Below, piece after piece: positions 19,221 to 29,040 of a stretch of 64,000 nt of DNA. The stretch is from an uncultured Gammaproteobacteria bacterium (lineage in GTDB: Bacteria > Patescibacteriota > Microgenomatia > Levybacterales > GWA1-39-11), in the NCBI GenBank assembly GCA_964511965.1, contig CAZEGF010000022.1, positions 12,101-76,100 on the forward strand, given 5' to 3'. Below the pieces are notes generated by a model that made no database searches, had not been told where the DNA came from, and saw only the letters and a program-made list of their open reading frames with translations. Numbering within the stretch: position 1 is the first letter of the stretch; each line of letters opens with the position of its first letter. A program made the position numbers and the translations under genes.

Positions 19221-20522
19221 ATGGCAAATCAAAAAGAACCAAATTCTCTATTAAGATTATTTCCAGCAATGGGGAGTAGTAATTACAGATATTATTTCGT
19301 TGGGCAACTCATTTCCCAAATCGGAACATGGCTGCAGATAGTTGCTCAAGGATGGCTGGTGCTTCAGCTCACTAATTCAGCACTTCTCATAGGCCTTGTT
19401 GCAGCAGCTGCGACATTACCGTCATTGCTTTTTTCACTATTTGGCGGAGTAATAGTGGACCGATTTGATAAAAAAATGACTATTGTTGCAACTCAAACTG
19501 CTTCGATGATCTTAGCTTTGCTTCTTGGTATGCTTACCGTTCTAAAAATTATTAATGTTTGGGAAATAATGATCATTTCGTTTTTATTGGGAATTGTAAA
19601 CGCCGTTGATATGCCTGCCCGTCAAGCATTCGTAAGTGAAATGGTTCATAAGGATAAAGTTTCATCCGCTATTGCTCTTAATGCAGGAATATTTAATGCT
19701 GCACGTGTTGTTGGTCCTTCGGTTGCCGGAATTTTGATTGCGATAGTTGGAACCGGTGGTGCATTTTTACTTAATGGTGTAAGTTATATTGCAGCCATAA
19801 TTGTACAATTTATGATTGTTCCGATACTTATTCCAAAGCCAAAACATCCACATCCAATAACAGCTATTAAACAAGGTGTATCATACACCTGGACGCATCC
19901 GGTAATCCGCTCTTTAGTACTATTAACTGCAGTTGTTAGTATTTTCGGATGGTCATATACAACAATAATGCCATTTATTGCAGACAAAGTCTTTCATCAG
20001 GGAGCAGCAGGGCTTGGATATCTTTATGCAGCTGCAGGAGCTGGGGCTTTAGTTGCTACTTTTGTAGTATCAGGATATGGAAGTAAATATGCTTCTTCGG
20101 TATTTATTAATGGTGGAATAATACTTTTTGCAATAACCATGATTTTCTTTTCATTCACATCAAATATTTGGATTGCTTATCTCACTTTATTTTTTGGAGG
20201 ATTCGGATTGTTATCCGCTTTTTCGATCATAAATGCACGGATTCAACATCTTGTAGAGCCACAATTTAGAGGACGTGTACTTAGTATCTATCTATTAATG
20301 TTTGTCGGACTTTTTCCAATAGGTAATTTGCAAATTGGATTTATGTCAGAACAATTTGGTCCACAAGTTGCTATCAGAGTAGGGTCTATTATTGTTCTTA
20401 TCGCAGCAATAATAGGGTATCTTATGAAGGGAAAAATTATTTCCTCTCATGCTGAATATCTTACAAAGCTTGAGATAGAAGCAGGCACCCAAGAAGTAAT
20501 TCGTGATACTAGAAAAAGTTAA
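19221..20522 (+). CDS. MFS transporter
   Basis: 12-TM pattern, GGVIVDRFDKK motif A. Confidence 0.93.
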   Translation: MANQKEPNSLLRLFPAMGSSNYRYYFVGQLISQIGTWLQIVAQGWLVLQLTNSALLIGLVAAAATLPSLLFSLFGGVIVDRFDKKMTIVATQTASMILALLLGMLTVLKIINVWEIMIISFLLGIVNAVDMPARQAFVSEMVHKDKVSSAIALNAGIFNAARVVGPSVAGILIAIVGTGGAFLLNGVSYIAAIIVQFMIVPILIPKPKHPHPITAIKQGVSYTWTHPVIRSLVLLTAVVSIFGWSYTTIMPFIADKVFHQGAAGLGYLYAAAGAGALVATFVVSGYGSKYASSVFINGGIILFAITMIFFSFTSNIWIAYLTLFFGGFGLLSAFSIINARIQHLVEPQFRGRVLSIYLLMFVGLFPIGNLQIGFMSEQFGPQVAIRVGSIIVLIAAIIGYLMKGKIISSHAEYLTKLEIEAGTQEVIRDTRKS

Positions 20523-20537
20523 GAAAGGAGGTGGAAT

Positions 20538-21056
20538 ATGAAAGCAATACAATTGTTAAGAATGCAATTTGATTCGGCGCATCACACCATGGAAGCAACG
20601 GTGGGGGAGGCAAAGGCATCTGTTATGAATTTTAATAAAACCAATAAGGCTATCCCTGTTGGTGCTGCATACGCTCATGCTGTTTTGGAAGAAGATATAC
20701 TTTTGTCCTCAATGCTTGCCAATAAAAAACCAATTTTTAAAAGTACAGACCAAGTTGGTATTTCAAAAGAAATTCCATCAATGGATAAATGGGATCAACA
20801 TGAAAAATGGTATTTGACTGTAAAAGTAGATCTGAAAAAATTTCGGGCTTATGCAAAGAAAGTATATAAAGCAACAGATGAATATCTTGCAACCTTAGAA
20901 GATAAAGATTTAGATACGGTTATGGATAGACCGATGGTAGGTAAACAAACAGTGGGATTTTTATTAACAAATTTCTTTCTTCTGCACATAGCAAATTTGG
21001 CTGGTGAAGTTTCAGCTGCTAAAGGATTTCAAGGACTTAAAGGGTACCCTTGGTAA
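20538..21056 (+). CDS. DinB-like protein
   Basis: AAYAH...ED and HIANLAGE; SD AAAGGAGG. Confidence 0.7.
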   Translation: MKAIQLLRMQFDSAHHTMEATVGEAKASVMNFNKTNKAIPVGAAYAHAVLEEDILLSSMLANKKPIFKSTDQVGISKEIPSMDKWDQHEKWYLTVKVDLKKFRAYAKKVYKATDEYLATLEDKDLDTVMDRPMVGKQTVGFLLTNFFLLHIANLAGEVSAAKGFQGLKGYPW

Positions 21057-21105
21057 ATTTGAGATTGAAATTTTTTGGTAGTAACTCTACAATAATAATT
21101 GACAC

Positions 21106-21229
21106 TTTAAATCAAGAGGAGGAGTAGAGTATTGGCTCGTTGATCCCTCCAGCAACCTTTCGGCAATCTCAAGGTAAACCCAGAGATCTGAAAAGGTGCT
21201 ACACCCAACCCTATTAAGGGAAGGATTAG
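21106..21229 (+). ncRNA. SAM-I (S-box) family riboswitch
   Basis: ATCAAGAG...AGCAACC...AGGTGCTA...GAAGGAT core; TTGG/CCAA pseudoknot; promoter TTGAAA-N17-TACAAT at 21065-21093. Confidence 0.85.
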
Positions 21230-21253
21230 CTTCGATTAAATCGGAGAATAAAT

Positions 21254-21282
21254 AAAAACCTCTCTTTTAGGGAGGTTTTTTT
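21254..21282 (+). terminator. Intrinsic terminator (riboswitch expression platform)
   Basis: AAAAACCTCTC-TTTTA-GGGAGGTTTTTTT. Confidence 0.85.
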
Positions 21283-21307
21283 GTGCCTACAATGGAGGTG
21301 AATATGA

Positions 21308-21736
21308 ATGTCTGAATTTGATACAACTAGTAGAAATGAGGTCCCGTTTATGGCTGTTGCCAGGGATGATTTAGATTTTGTTGCCACTCTCAATGACATA
21401 TCAATTAACGGGTTTGTAAATATTAAAACAATTCACGAAAGAGAAGACGGGTCTATGTTTTTTTCCGGATGGATAGTTAGGGAGGGATCGGTTGAGGTAT
21501 GTCTGGGTGATAGCAATCCTGATATTGAAAAATGATACCCATCAGGTTATAGTTGCACTATGGAGTTGAAAGAGGGAAGAGATGCCATAGCTCTTTGGCA
21601 TGATACCGGAGAACCGATCGGAAATGAAATGTTTGAACCAAAACCTGAACCTATTGATATTGTAGTGCAAAATAGATTGACAAAGATTATCGTCGAGCAC
21701 ATCAAAAATCCACTACAAATACCTTTAGCTTTTTAA
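21308..21736 (+). pseudogene. Hypothetical gene interrupted by one in-frame TGA (21533-21535)
   Basis: The 75-codon ORF continues for 66 more sense codons in frame to TAA. Confidence 0.6.
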
Positions 21737-21745
21737 AAACCTCGT

Positions 21746-22372
21746 ATGTTCATTCATTTTGAAAATTGGGCAAATTATATGGGTGGTATCGATGCAAGAA
21801 TACCAAATCAAGGAACTGCAATAAAAGCATACGCAACATTTTCAGATCCACGCGACTTTTTTCAAAATCCAGCTCTTGCGGTTGTGGAAGTTAATCATGA
21901 ACCATTTACTATTGACGAGATGTTCAACTATGGTGACCAGCGTGAAGGGTATTCTGGAATCGGATTGGAAAGTGATCTGTCACGTGCACATGAAATGAGT
22001 CTGAGATTTCAACCTGAAATTCCACTTGATGATATTGCAAAAAAGACAGTGCGTGCAATGATGCGACTTTCTCATTCATCAGAATTTCCAGCGGCAACAA
22101 ATGCAATGCTTGCTAAAGATATTGACGGAACATGGTATTTCAATCATCCATTCAGTCTTTTTCATGGATTTGAAAAATTAGCACCAAGAAAAGGGCGGAA
22201 CATGGCAATTCATTTTGATATCTTATCACCAGATTCTCTGGAACTTTTATCAAGAGTTTTTGATTGGAACGATGCCAGCAAACTTGTTCCTATCCGTGAG
22301 GGAAAAAAGATCAGAGAAGCAGATCTTGCTAGAATTTTTCAGGAGGGTAACCCAAAGGGAAAAGAATTTTAA
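21746..22372 (+). CDS. Hypothetical protein
   Basis: 208-aa ORF, no family recognised; start may be 21779. Confidence 0.65.
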   Translation: MFIHFENWANYMGGIDARIPNQGTAIKAYATFSDPRDFFQNPALAVVEVNHEPFTIDEMFNYGDQREGYSGIGLESDLSRAHEMSLRFQPEIPLDDIAKKTVRAMMRLSHSSEFPAATNAMLAKDIDGTWYFNHPFSLFHGFEKLAPRKGRNMAIHFDILSPDSLELLSRVFDWNDASKLVPIREGKKIREADLARIFQEGNPKGKEF

Positions 22373-22409
22373 ATTTGTAAACAAACATATTATTTTTTAC
22401 AGTGAAGAG

Positions 22410-22892
22410 ATGAAAAGGTACAAAGTAGGACTTGTAATTGGACGTTTTCAACCCTTTCATTTAGGGCACAAATATTTAATAGACGAGGCCTTAAAAGTTT
22501 GTGACAAAATTATAATAGGTATCGGAAGTTCAAATAAAAAAAACAAAGATAATCCATGGACTGCACATGAAAGAAGAAAAATGCTTAAGAAATTTATAGA
22601 GCACGAAGGATTGAATACCAGGGTTGTTAAGATTATTAATTCTGAGGATCACCCTGATGATGAGATTTGGTTTGAGAAACTCTATAAAAAAACAGGACCG
22701 TTTGATGTGACCTTAGGTAATAATAAATGGAACAACGGAATTATAAAAAGGCATGGGATTAAAGTTATATACACAGGTCTTTTTAATAGAGAAGAATTTG
22801 AAGGGTATAGGATAAGGAAACTGATGAGGACCAAAAAACCCTGGAAGGAAAGAGTGCCAGAGTATCTTTCAGGTGAAATAAGACCTCTTTAG
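22410..22892 (+). CDS. NMN adenylyltransferase-like nucleotidyltransferase (NadM type)
   Basis: IGRFQPFHLGH, IGIGSS, NPWTAHER; start trimmed to MKRYK. Confidence 0.88.
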   Translation: MKRYKVGLVIGRFQPFHLGHKYLIDEALKVCDKIIIGIGSSNKKNKDNPWTAHERRKMLKKFIEHEGLNTRVVKIINSEDHPDDEIWFEKLYKKTGPFDVTLGNNKWNNGIIKRHGIKVIYTGLFNREEFEGYRIRKLMRTKKPWKERVPEYLSGEIRPL

Positions 22893-22907
22893 GTGTACAA
22901 TTCCCAC

Positions 22908-23432
22908 ATGGTAGAGCAATCAGGTTACCCATATGTAGAAGGAAGATATGGTGTTCAATTTCATGCAATGCAGGAGGGGGAAGCAATAAACATTTTAGGA
23001 GGCAGTGGCAGAATATTAAAATACAATTTGTTTCCCGAAGAGATTAGGGTTTATGACCCGGATATAGATTCCCCAACAGAATTATTTGCTAATGTCTCAG
23101 ATGGCATGATTCGATTTAGCTTATTTCCAAGACTGACTACTTCTGAGGAATCACCTTACCATCCGGATTTGTTTGCTTCTAAATTTATGGATGTTGCTAT
23201 TAACTATTTTAGGGATGTTGGTATTCAAATAACGGGTTGTATTGCAGATTGGTATCTGGGTACAAACCAGCAACAGTATTGGAGAATGAGAGAAGAAGGG
23301 TACGACCGTGAACACTCCGCAAACAGCACCTGGATGGGAAAGAAACTGATAGAAAAAGGATTTAAACCAGTAAGCGACGAAGATATTTTCGAAAAAAATA
23401 AATTTGTTATAGCCAACTTCTGGAAGCAGTAA
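22908..23432 (+). CDS. Hypothetical protein
   Basis: ORF with TACAAT directly before ATG. Confidence 0.65.
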   Translation: MVEQSGYPYVEGRYGVQFHAMQEGEAINILGGSGRILKYNLFPEEIRVYDPDIDSPTELFANVSDGMIRFSLFPRLTTSEESPYHPDLFASKFMDVAINYFRDVGIQITGCIADWYLGTNQQQYWRMREEGYDREHSANSTWMGKKLIEKGFKPVSDEDIFEKNKFVIANFWKQ

Positions 23433-23453
23433 ATATTGTGCTACCATAAAATA

Positions 23454-24113
23454 ATGATCCTGATCTTTTTTCTTGAGCTTTTGGTTCTTTTTTTCCTCTC
23501 AAGATCATTAACATCGCATTTGTCATATTTACTTCGCGCGATTTTTAAGAGTCACAGAATAACAATAATTTTAATGGCAATAATTTTTCTTCCTGGAACA
23601 ATTATTCACGAGTTTGCTCATGCAATCATGGCAAAATTACTTTTTGTTTATGTGGGACGCATGGAACTTATGCCACAACTGCATGATGAGAGCTTAAAAC
23701 TTGGTAGTGTAGAAGTTGGAAAGACAGATATAATTAGAAATTTCTTGATTGGAATTGCACCTTTTATAGTAGGGACAAGTTTGCTTTTATTAATTCTTTA
23801 TTCAGCTTTTGCAAACAAGATTTTTGGATTTAATCTTTTATCGTTTTTAGTTTTATGTTTTACGTTTGTTATCTCAAACACCATGTACTCTTCTAAAAAA
23901 GATATGGAGGGAGCTATTGAATTTTTCTTATTAATTGTTGTGCCAATCATTTTTCTCTATTTCTTTGGTGTTCGAATCCCAGGTATAAGTTTTGAAACTT
24001 TAAGAGGGAGTGGAATTGAGAACTATTTTAAAATGGCATCTATTTTTCTGGCCGTTCCATTACTTCTTGATATATCATTTATCATCTTTGCAAAAGTACT
24101 TCTAAGAAGGTAG
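23454..24113 (+). CDS. Membrane zinc metalloprotease-like protein (M50B-like)
   Basis: PGTIIHEFAH in TM context, IGIAPF, SKKD. Confidence 0.75.
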   Translation: MILIFFLELLVLFFLSRSLTSHLSYLLRAIFKSHRITIILMAIIFLPGTIIHEFAHAIMAKLLFVYVGRMELMPQLHDESLKLGSVEVGKTDIIRNFLIGIAPFIVGTSLLLLILYSAFANKIFGFNLLSFLVLCFTFVISNTMYSSKKDMEGAIEFFLLIVVPIIFLYFFGVRIPGISFETLRGSGIENYFKMASIFLAVPLLLDISFIIFAKVLLRR

Positions 24114-24124
24114 AATATTGACCT

Positions 24125-24514
24125 ATGGCTTTAGAGGCAGAATTTGGTTTAATTCAAGATGGAGCTTTGAAATATGTTGAGGAGGATATTTTGCCTCCAG
24201 GAACTTTTAGGCAATATGAAAATTATCCTGGGATAAAAGCATTTATCGGTGCTGACAATGGAAGAAGTTTGTTGCAGTTAAGAGATACTGATGGTGTTTT
24301 TGCTATTCATTTCGTTGATGACGCTGACGAAGAAGGTGAAATACTGTGGTTGGAAGAAAAAAATATAGAATTAAGTAGTGGGCAACAAGTTTGTATCGGT
24401 GTAAATGCTAGACAAAATCAATTACAACAAGAAATATGGTTCACTCATACATCAAGTGGAAATGTTAAAACATCTCCCTTTAGTATTAACAATCCAGTTT
24501 TAAGCACAAGATAA
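24125..24514 (+). CDS. Hypothetical protein
   Basis: 129-aa ORF, TAGAAT before ATG. Confidence 0.6.
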   Translation: MALEAEFGLIQDGALKYVEEDILPPGTFRQYENYPGIKAFIGADNGRSLLQLRDTDGVFAIHFVDDADEEGEILWLEEKNIELSSGQQVCIGVNARQNQLQQEIWFTHTSSGNVKTSPFSINNPVLSTR

Positions 24515-25993
24515 TTATAAATATCCTACCTTCTCAAGTAATTCATCTTCCCAGTGTGTAACTTTTTGTTCAGGTAATAAAAGGGCTTTAGTGGGTTTTA
24601 ATTCCTTTATGAAATCCTCTGTGTGGCTCACAATAATAAGTGTTCCTGTATATTTTTTAATTGCCTCAAGAATTATTCTTTGAGACATAACATCCAAATA
24701 CGTCGTTGGTTCATCAAGAATAAGCATGTTGTAATTTTCTAAAAGTAGTAGAGCAATTGAAAGTCTTGTTTTTTCTCCACCTGATAATGATCCTACTTTT
24801 TGAAAGACACGGTCTCCTGAAAAAAGAAATGCTGATAGGTGCTGGCGTATTTTTTCAATTGGCATAGCCTTTACAGTTTCAATTGTCTCAATAAGATTTA
24901 GTGAAAAGTCGAGTGCTTCAAGTTCTTGTGAGTAGTATCCGATCTTAAGTCTTTCAGCTTTTATCACCTCACCTTTTGATGGAGTTTCGTTCCCAACTAT
25001 TATTTTAATAAATGTACTTTTTCCTGCCCCATTGTGCCCGATAAGTGCTATTTTTTCACCTTTTCCCACAATCATTGAGAAGTCCTCTAAAATTACTTTG
25101 TCATCATATGACTTTGAGACATCAACGATTCTGACGGGAATATCGCTCATGTTTTGTGGTTCTGGAAGTGTTAATTTAAATCCCCGAGCTTCTTTTGGAA
25201 GAGGAGGAAGGGATTCTTTAATTCTCTCAATTCTTTTTTGAAGTTGCACGCGTTGTCTAACCCCTTTTTCAGATTTTCTACTCATAAGACCCACCAAACT
25301 TTTTTCCATTCTTTTAACATGCTTTGTTTCGTTAACAATTTGACGGGTTAAAAGTGCGTCGTGTTGAGCTTTTAACTTGAGATACGTTGTATAGTTCCCT
25401 TTGTATTCTTCAATCTGTGCTTTTGCCGGATTTATTGCTATCACTTTATCAATTGAGCTATCCATAAGTTCAAGATCATGACTCACAAGAAGGAGGGTTT
25501 TGGGATAAGTACTTAAGAATTTTGAAACCCATGCTTTCCCTTTTGTGTCTAGGAAGTTAGTTGGCTCGTCAAGAAGAAGTATATCAGGTTCCAAAAGTAG
25601 AGCACGGATAATAGCAAGTTTTGTTTTTTGACCTCCGGAAAGACTATGCGGATCTCCATACAAATCAATATCATTCATCTCAAGTCCATGAAGCATTGAT
25701 ATAATTTCTCTGTCGTCTTTTACATAATGCTCGTCTAAATACTCACGGATCGTAAAACTTTTTTCCAAAATTGGGTCATATTTAATTTCTTGCGGGACTA
25801 GTACTATCGAGCCATCAATGATGATATTTCCCTCTTTTGGATGCTCTTCACGCATCAAAAGTTTGAATAACGTACTTTTCCCGGCACCATTCGGGCCAGC
25901 AATGCCGACTATTTGATCATCTCCCACGGTAAAACTAACATCGGTAAAGATGGGACGAAGGTGCGCAAACGTAAGATTTTTTACCTGGATCAC
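24515..25993 (-). CDS. ABC-F family ATPase
   Basis: Two NBDs (GPNGAGKS, GHNGAGKS, LSGG, LDEPT), no TM helices. Confidence 0.95.
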   Translation of the reverse strand: MIQVKNLTFAHLRPIFTDVSFTVGDDQIVGIAGPNGAGKSTLFKLLMREEHPKEGNIIIDGSIVLVPQEIKYDPILEKSFTIREYLDEHYVKDDREIISMLHGLEMNDIDLYGDPHSLSGGQKTKLAIIRALLLEPDILLLDEPTNFLDTKGKAWVSKFLSTYPKTLLLVSHDLELMDSSIDKVIAINPAKAQIEEYKGNYTTYLKLKAQHDALLTRQIVNETKHVKRMEKSLVGLMSRKSEKGVRQRVQLQKRIERIKESLPPLPKEARGFKLTLPEPQNMSDIPVRIVDVSKSYDDKVILEDFSMIVGKGEKIALIGHNGAGKSTFIKIIVGNETPSKGEVIKAERLKIGYYSQELEALDFSLNLIETIETVKAMPIEKIRQHLSAFLFSGDRVFQKVGSLSGGEKTRLSIALLLLENYNMLILDEPTTYLDVMSQRIILEAIKKYTGTLIIVSHTEDFIKELKPTKALLLPEQKVTHWEDELLEKVGYL

Positions 25994-26088
25994 AGGTAGT
26001 TATTATACCTTATTTAGGCGTTAGGGTCTGGGGGGAGGAAACCTGCCCGCAATGTTTCGCAACGCGATGTAGGCGGGTCTTCTTGCAG

Positions 26089-26625
26089 TTAAGCATTCGG
26101 GTCTGGGGGTAAAAACTCTTCTCCTCCGCTATCGGGGGATTTAACATATTCTCCAGGTTTGAGCCATTCAACATAGGTGCAACCCGTTGCAGTCCTTGTT
26201 TTTGCATCCCAACCACTCGTTGAACATTTCTTCATTTTCTTACCGGCTGCTGTTGTATAAAGAACCAATTTGTTACCACACGTTGGACAATCTTCATCAA
26301 GTGCCTCGGTTGTACCATTTATCCATTCAACATAGTCGCATCCTGTTGCTTGCTTGGTCTCGGCATTCCATTGATTAGTAGAGCATTTCTTCATCTTTTT
26401 ACCAAAGCGGGTAACTACCATAACAAGAGGATTGCCACATTTTGGACATTTTTCATCCAATTCTTCAGGAGGAGTCTCTAACCATTTAACATAATCGCAC
26501 CCAACATTTTTTTTAGCTTCCTTGTCCCACGATCCGGTAGAACATCTCTGGAGTCGTCTTCCGGAAGGAGTGGTCGTTACTTCTGCAAGCGGGTTACCGC
26601 ATTTTGGACACTTTTCTTCAACCAT
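26089..26625 (-). CDS. Stand-alone topoisomerase-type C4 zinc-ribbon repeat protein (3 repeats)
   Basis: Three CPxCG...CS...GCxYVxW units; TTGACA-N17-TACTAT then ATG at 26625. Confidence 0.85.
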   Translation of the reverse strand: MVEEKCPKCGNPLAEVTTTPSGRRLQRCSTGSWDKEAKKNVGCDYVKWLETPPEELDEKCPKCGNPLVMVVTRFGKKMKKCSTNQWNAETKQATGCDYVEWINGTTEALDEDCPTCGNKLVLYTTAAGKKMKKCSTSGWDAKTRTATGCTYVEWLKPGEYVKSPDSGGEEFLPPDPNA

Positions 26626-26668
26626 GGAATTCATAGTACGGTTTGCAACATCTTATGTCAAGAGGAAA

Positions 26669-27292
26669 CTAGAATCCGAGGTCTTCTTTTACAAATATTA
26701 AATTAATCCTATTTGGAGTTATTTCAGAATTTACTATCAATAGTTTTCTCACCTGACTCTCAACTTGCGGGCCATAAACACTTTTCAATCTTTTATCTTC
26801 AAGGGGAAGAACATACTTGTTGATTCTTTCAAACCCTTCATCTAAATTTTTAACAATTTTTTTCGTACTTACAACCCACACAACATGACTAGCACCATAC
26901 ACATATCCTGGTATCTGACTACCGGTATTGGAAGCAATCAATACTTTTCCATCCTCAGTTACTGCATGAACGCTTCCTATTATATATTCTGGAGCTGCAC
27001 CTATTTTTTGCATGGTAAGAGAATCAGTTACTCGGTTAAGTTTTGACAATTCTTCCTTTACAGACTTATATTTACCACTTTCATTAATTTCTTTGGTAAT
27101 ACCCAGATTCTCAAGAGTAATGGAGGAGGCTGTCATAACTTCGGCTCCTTTAGGGATAAGAGCATGAACTAACTTTTTTGCTCCATCCGAGTTATCCGCA
27201 ACATGAACGGTTATTCCGTGAGCGGTAAGTGCAGTTGTTGCCTTATCGATTGATGCGGTAGAAGCGAGTGTTGCAAATTTGTTATTTTTCAT
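26669..27292 (-). CDS. LUD-domain (lactate utilization LutC/YkgG-like) protein
   Basis: GSVHAVTEDG, SNTGSQ, KKIVKNLDE, EDLGF. Confidence 0.85.
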   Translation of the reverse strand: MKNNKFATLASTASIDKATTALTAHGITVHVADNSDGAKKLVHALIPKGAEVMTASSITLENLGITKEINESGKYKSVKEELSKLNRVTDSLTMQKIGAAPEYIIGSVHAVTEDGKVLIASNTGSQIPGYVYGASHVVWVVSTKKIVKNLDEGFERINKYVLPLEDKRLKSVYGPQVESQVRKLLIVNSEITPNRINLIFVKEDLGF

Positions 27293-27397
27293 AATACAAT
27301 ATATAATAAATACTAAGTAACTATCTAGCAAGTACCCACTTAATAGGTAGATACATACTAAAAAGTAAGTAAGGATTCATTCAGGTAATTTTAAGCT

Positions 27398-27796
27398 ATG
27401 AAAAATAAACTAACTAAAGACATGAATTCAAAAGACATCACAAGCTGCTCATCTGTCAAGGTAACCCTTGAAGTAATGGGTGGAAAATGGAAACCACTTA
27501 TTATGTTTCTTCTTGTCGAGCGTACGATGCGATTTTCAGAATTGCAAAGGAATATTACCGGTATTACTCAGAAAATGCTGACAGAACAATTACGGGAATT
27601 AGAGCGTGATGGATTAGTCTCAAGAAAAGTATATCCTCAGGTTCCCCCAAAAGTTGAATATTCAATAACTACTTATGGTAGAACTCTTCTTCCGGTTCTT
27701 GAAACAATGCACGCTTGGGGAAAAAATCATCAGTCAAAAGACAGTAGTCATAAGACAGAAGCAAGGAAACAAATTCCCCTAGTTACTAGTTACTAA
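27398..27796 (+). CDS. HxlR-family winged-helix regulator
   Basis: GGKWK, RFSEL, ITQKMLTEQLRELE, VPPKVEYS; divergent from the LUD gene. Confidence 0.93.
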   Translation: MKNKLTKDMNSKDITSCSSVKVTLEVMGGKWKPLIMFLLVERTMRFSELQRNITGITQKMLTEQLRELERDGLVSRKVYPQVPPKVEYSITTYGRTLLPVLETMHAWGKNHQSKDSSHKTEARKQIPLVTSY

Positions 27797-27812
27797 TCAC
27801 TATTTCCTATTT

Positions 27813-27968
27813 TTACTTCATCTTGATGTTCATGAAAGGGATGGTTACTCCCGGGGTTTGAGGAGGCAATACTTTAGCAGGCCTAACTCTCGCATTTTGT
27901 ATGAGAAGCAAAGCAATAATTAGTATAAGTCCCACGCAAATCAAAAGTTGCATCAGAGAAAACTTCAT
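27813..27968 (-). CDS. Small membrane protein (51 aa, below the ORF-track cutoff)
   Basis: MKFSLMQLLICVGLILIIALLLIQNARVRPAKVLPPQTPGVTIPFMNIKMK; TAAAAT 5 nt before ATG. Confidence 0.6.
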   Translation of the reverse strand: MKFSLMQLLICVGLILIIALLLIQNARVRPAKVLPPQTPGVTIPFMNIKMK

Positions 27969-28035
27969 TCTACATTTTAACCCGCCAACTCTTTAACCCG
28001 CAACTCGTAACGATCCTTATTGTATACTGTAAATT

Positions 28036-28974
28036 GTGAAACCGGAAATTCAGGAAAAGAAAATAACAGCAAAAAAAGTTATTGTAGCTTCCTTCGCTGT
28101 TGATCTTCTCGATATCCTTTTATCAGTTGGGGTAGCAATAATTACGGGTAGTGTCATCATGCTTACTGAATCCTTGGAAGGAATTTCAGATCTTGTATCC
28201 TCCGGTCTTCTTTGGATTGGACTAAAGAGATCATCAAGGAAAGAAGATAGATCCCATCCTTTTGGATATGGGAGAGAAATTTATTTCTGGACTCTTCTTG
28301 CTGCGCTTATCATGTTTGGAGTTACTTCTTCGGTATCAATATATATTGGTTGGGAACGATTTCTGAATCCCCATCCGGTAAAAAATGTATTTCTTGCACA
28401 AGTTGTTCTTTTGATTGCGCTTGGAACAAATGGCTATGCATGTTATCTGAGCTATAAAAGATTGTTAAAAAAGAGACATTGGAAGCAAATAATACGAATT
28501 TTTTACCGTTCATCTTTGGTCGAGACAAAAACGACTTTTATACTTGATCTCATGGGTAGCGTGGCCTCACTGGTCGGAACCTTGGCTCTTCTAATATACG
28601 TGATTACCGGGGATATACGCTTTGACGGAATAGGTGCAATTATTATCGGAATTGTTCTTGCTGTCCTTGCGTTTCTGCTTTTAATGGGTATTCGAGACCT
28701 TTTGGTAGGTCGAAGTGCTTCAGCCGAAACTGAGGCAAAGATACGTGATGCTGCACTTACGGTCCCTGAGGTAGATAAGGTTCTTGACCTCAAAACTTTG
28801 CATGTAGGCTCGGAAAAGCTTTTGGTAAATCTTGAGGTTAATATGGATAACGATTTAAATACAGATGAGCTTGAAAAACTCATGGATAAAGTGAAAGAGA
28901 GCATACAAGCACAAGTTCCATCGGTAAAGTATATTCAGGTAGAGCTTGAAACACCTGACAGGACAATAACCTAG
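28036..28974 (+). CDS. Cation diffusion facilitator family transporter
   Basis: DRSHPFGYGRE, 6 TM helices, C-terminal dimerisation domain. Confidence 0.92.
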   Translation: MKPEIQEKKITAKKVIVASFAVDLLDILLSVGVAIITGSVIMLTESLEGISDLVSSGLLWIGLKRSSRKEDRSHPFGYGREIYFWTLLAALIMFGVTSSVSIYIGWERFLNPHPVKNVFLAQVVLLIALGTNGYACYLSYKRLLKKRHWKQIIRIFYRSSLVETKTTFILDLMGSVASLVGTLALLIYVITGDIRFDGIGAIIIGIVLAVLAFLLLMGIRDLLVGRSASAETEAKIRDAALTVPEVDKVLDLKTLHVGSEKLLVNLEVNMDNDLNTDELEKLMDKVKESIQAQVPSVKYIQVELETPDRTIT

Positions 28975-29040
28975 CCTCAAAACCACTCGGAATCCCACTT
29001 TTTGTCAAGAGCAAATAATCTTTAAATTGGTATAAAAATA

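Noticed and set aside
21533-21535. Genetic code 25 or 4
   Set aside because: Conserved genes are intact under code 11 and some end in TGA
22215-22409. N-terminal extension of the nucleotidyltransferase
   Set aside because: Overlaps the upstream ORF; family homology starts at MKRYK (22410)
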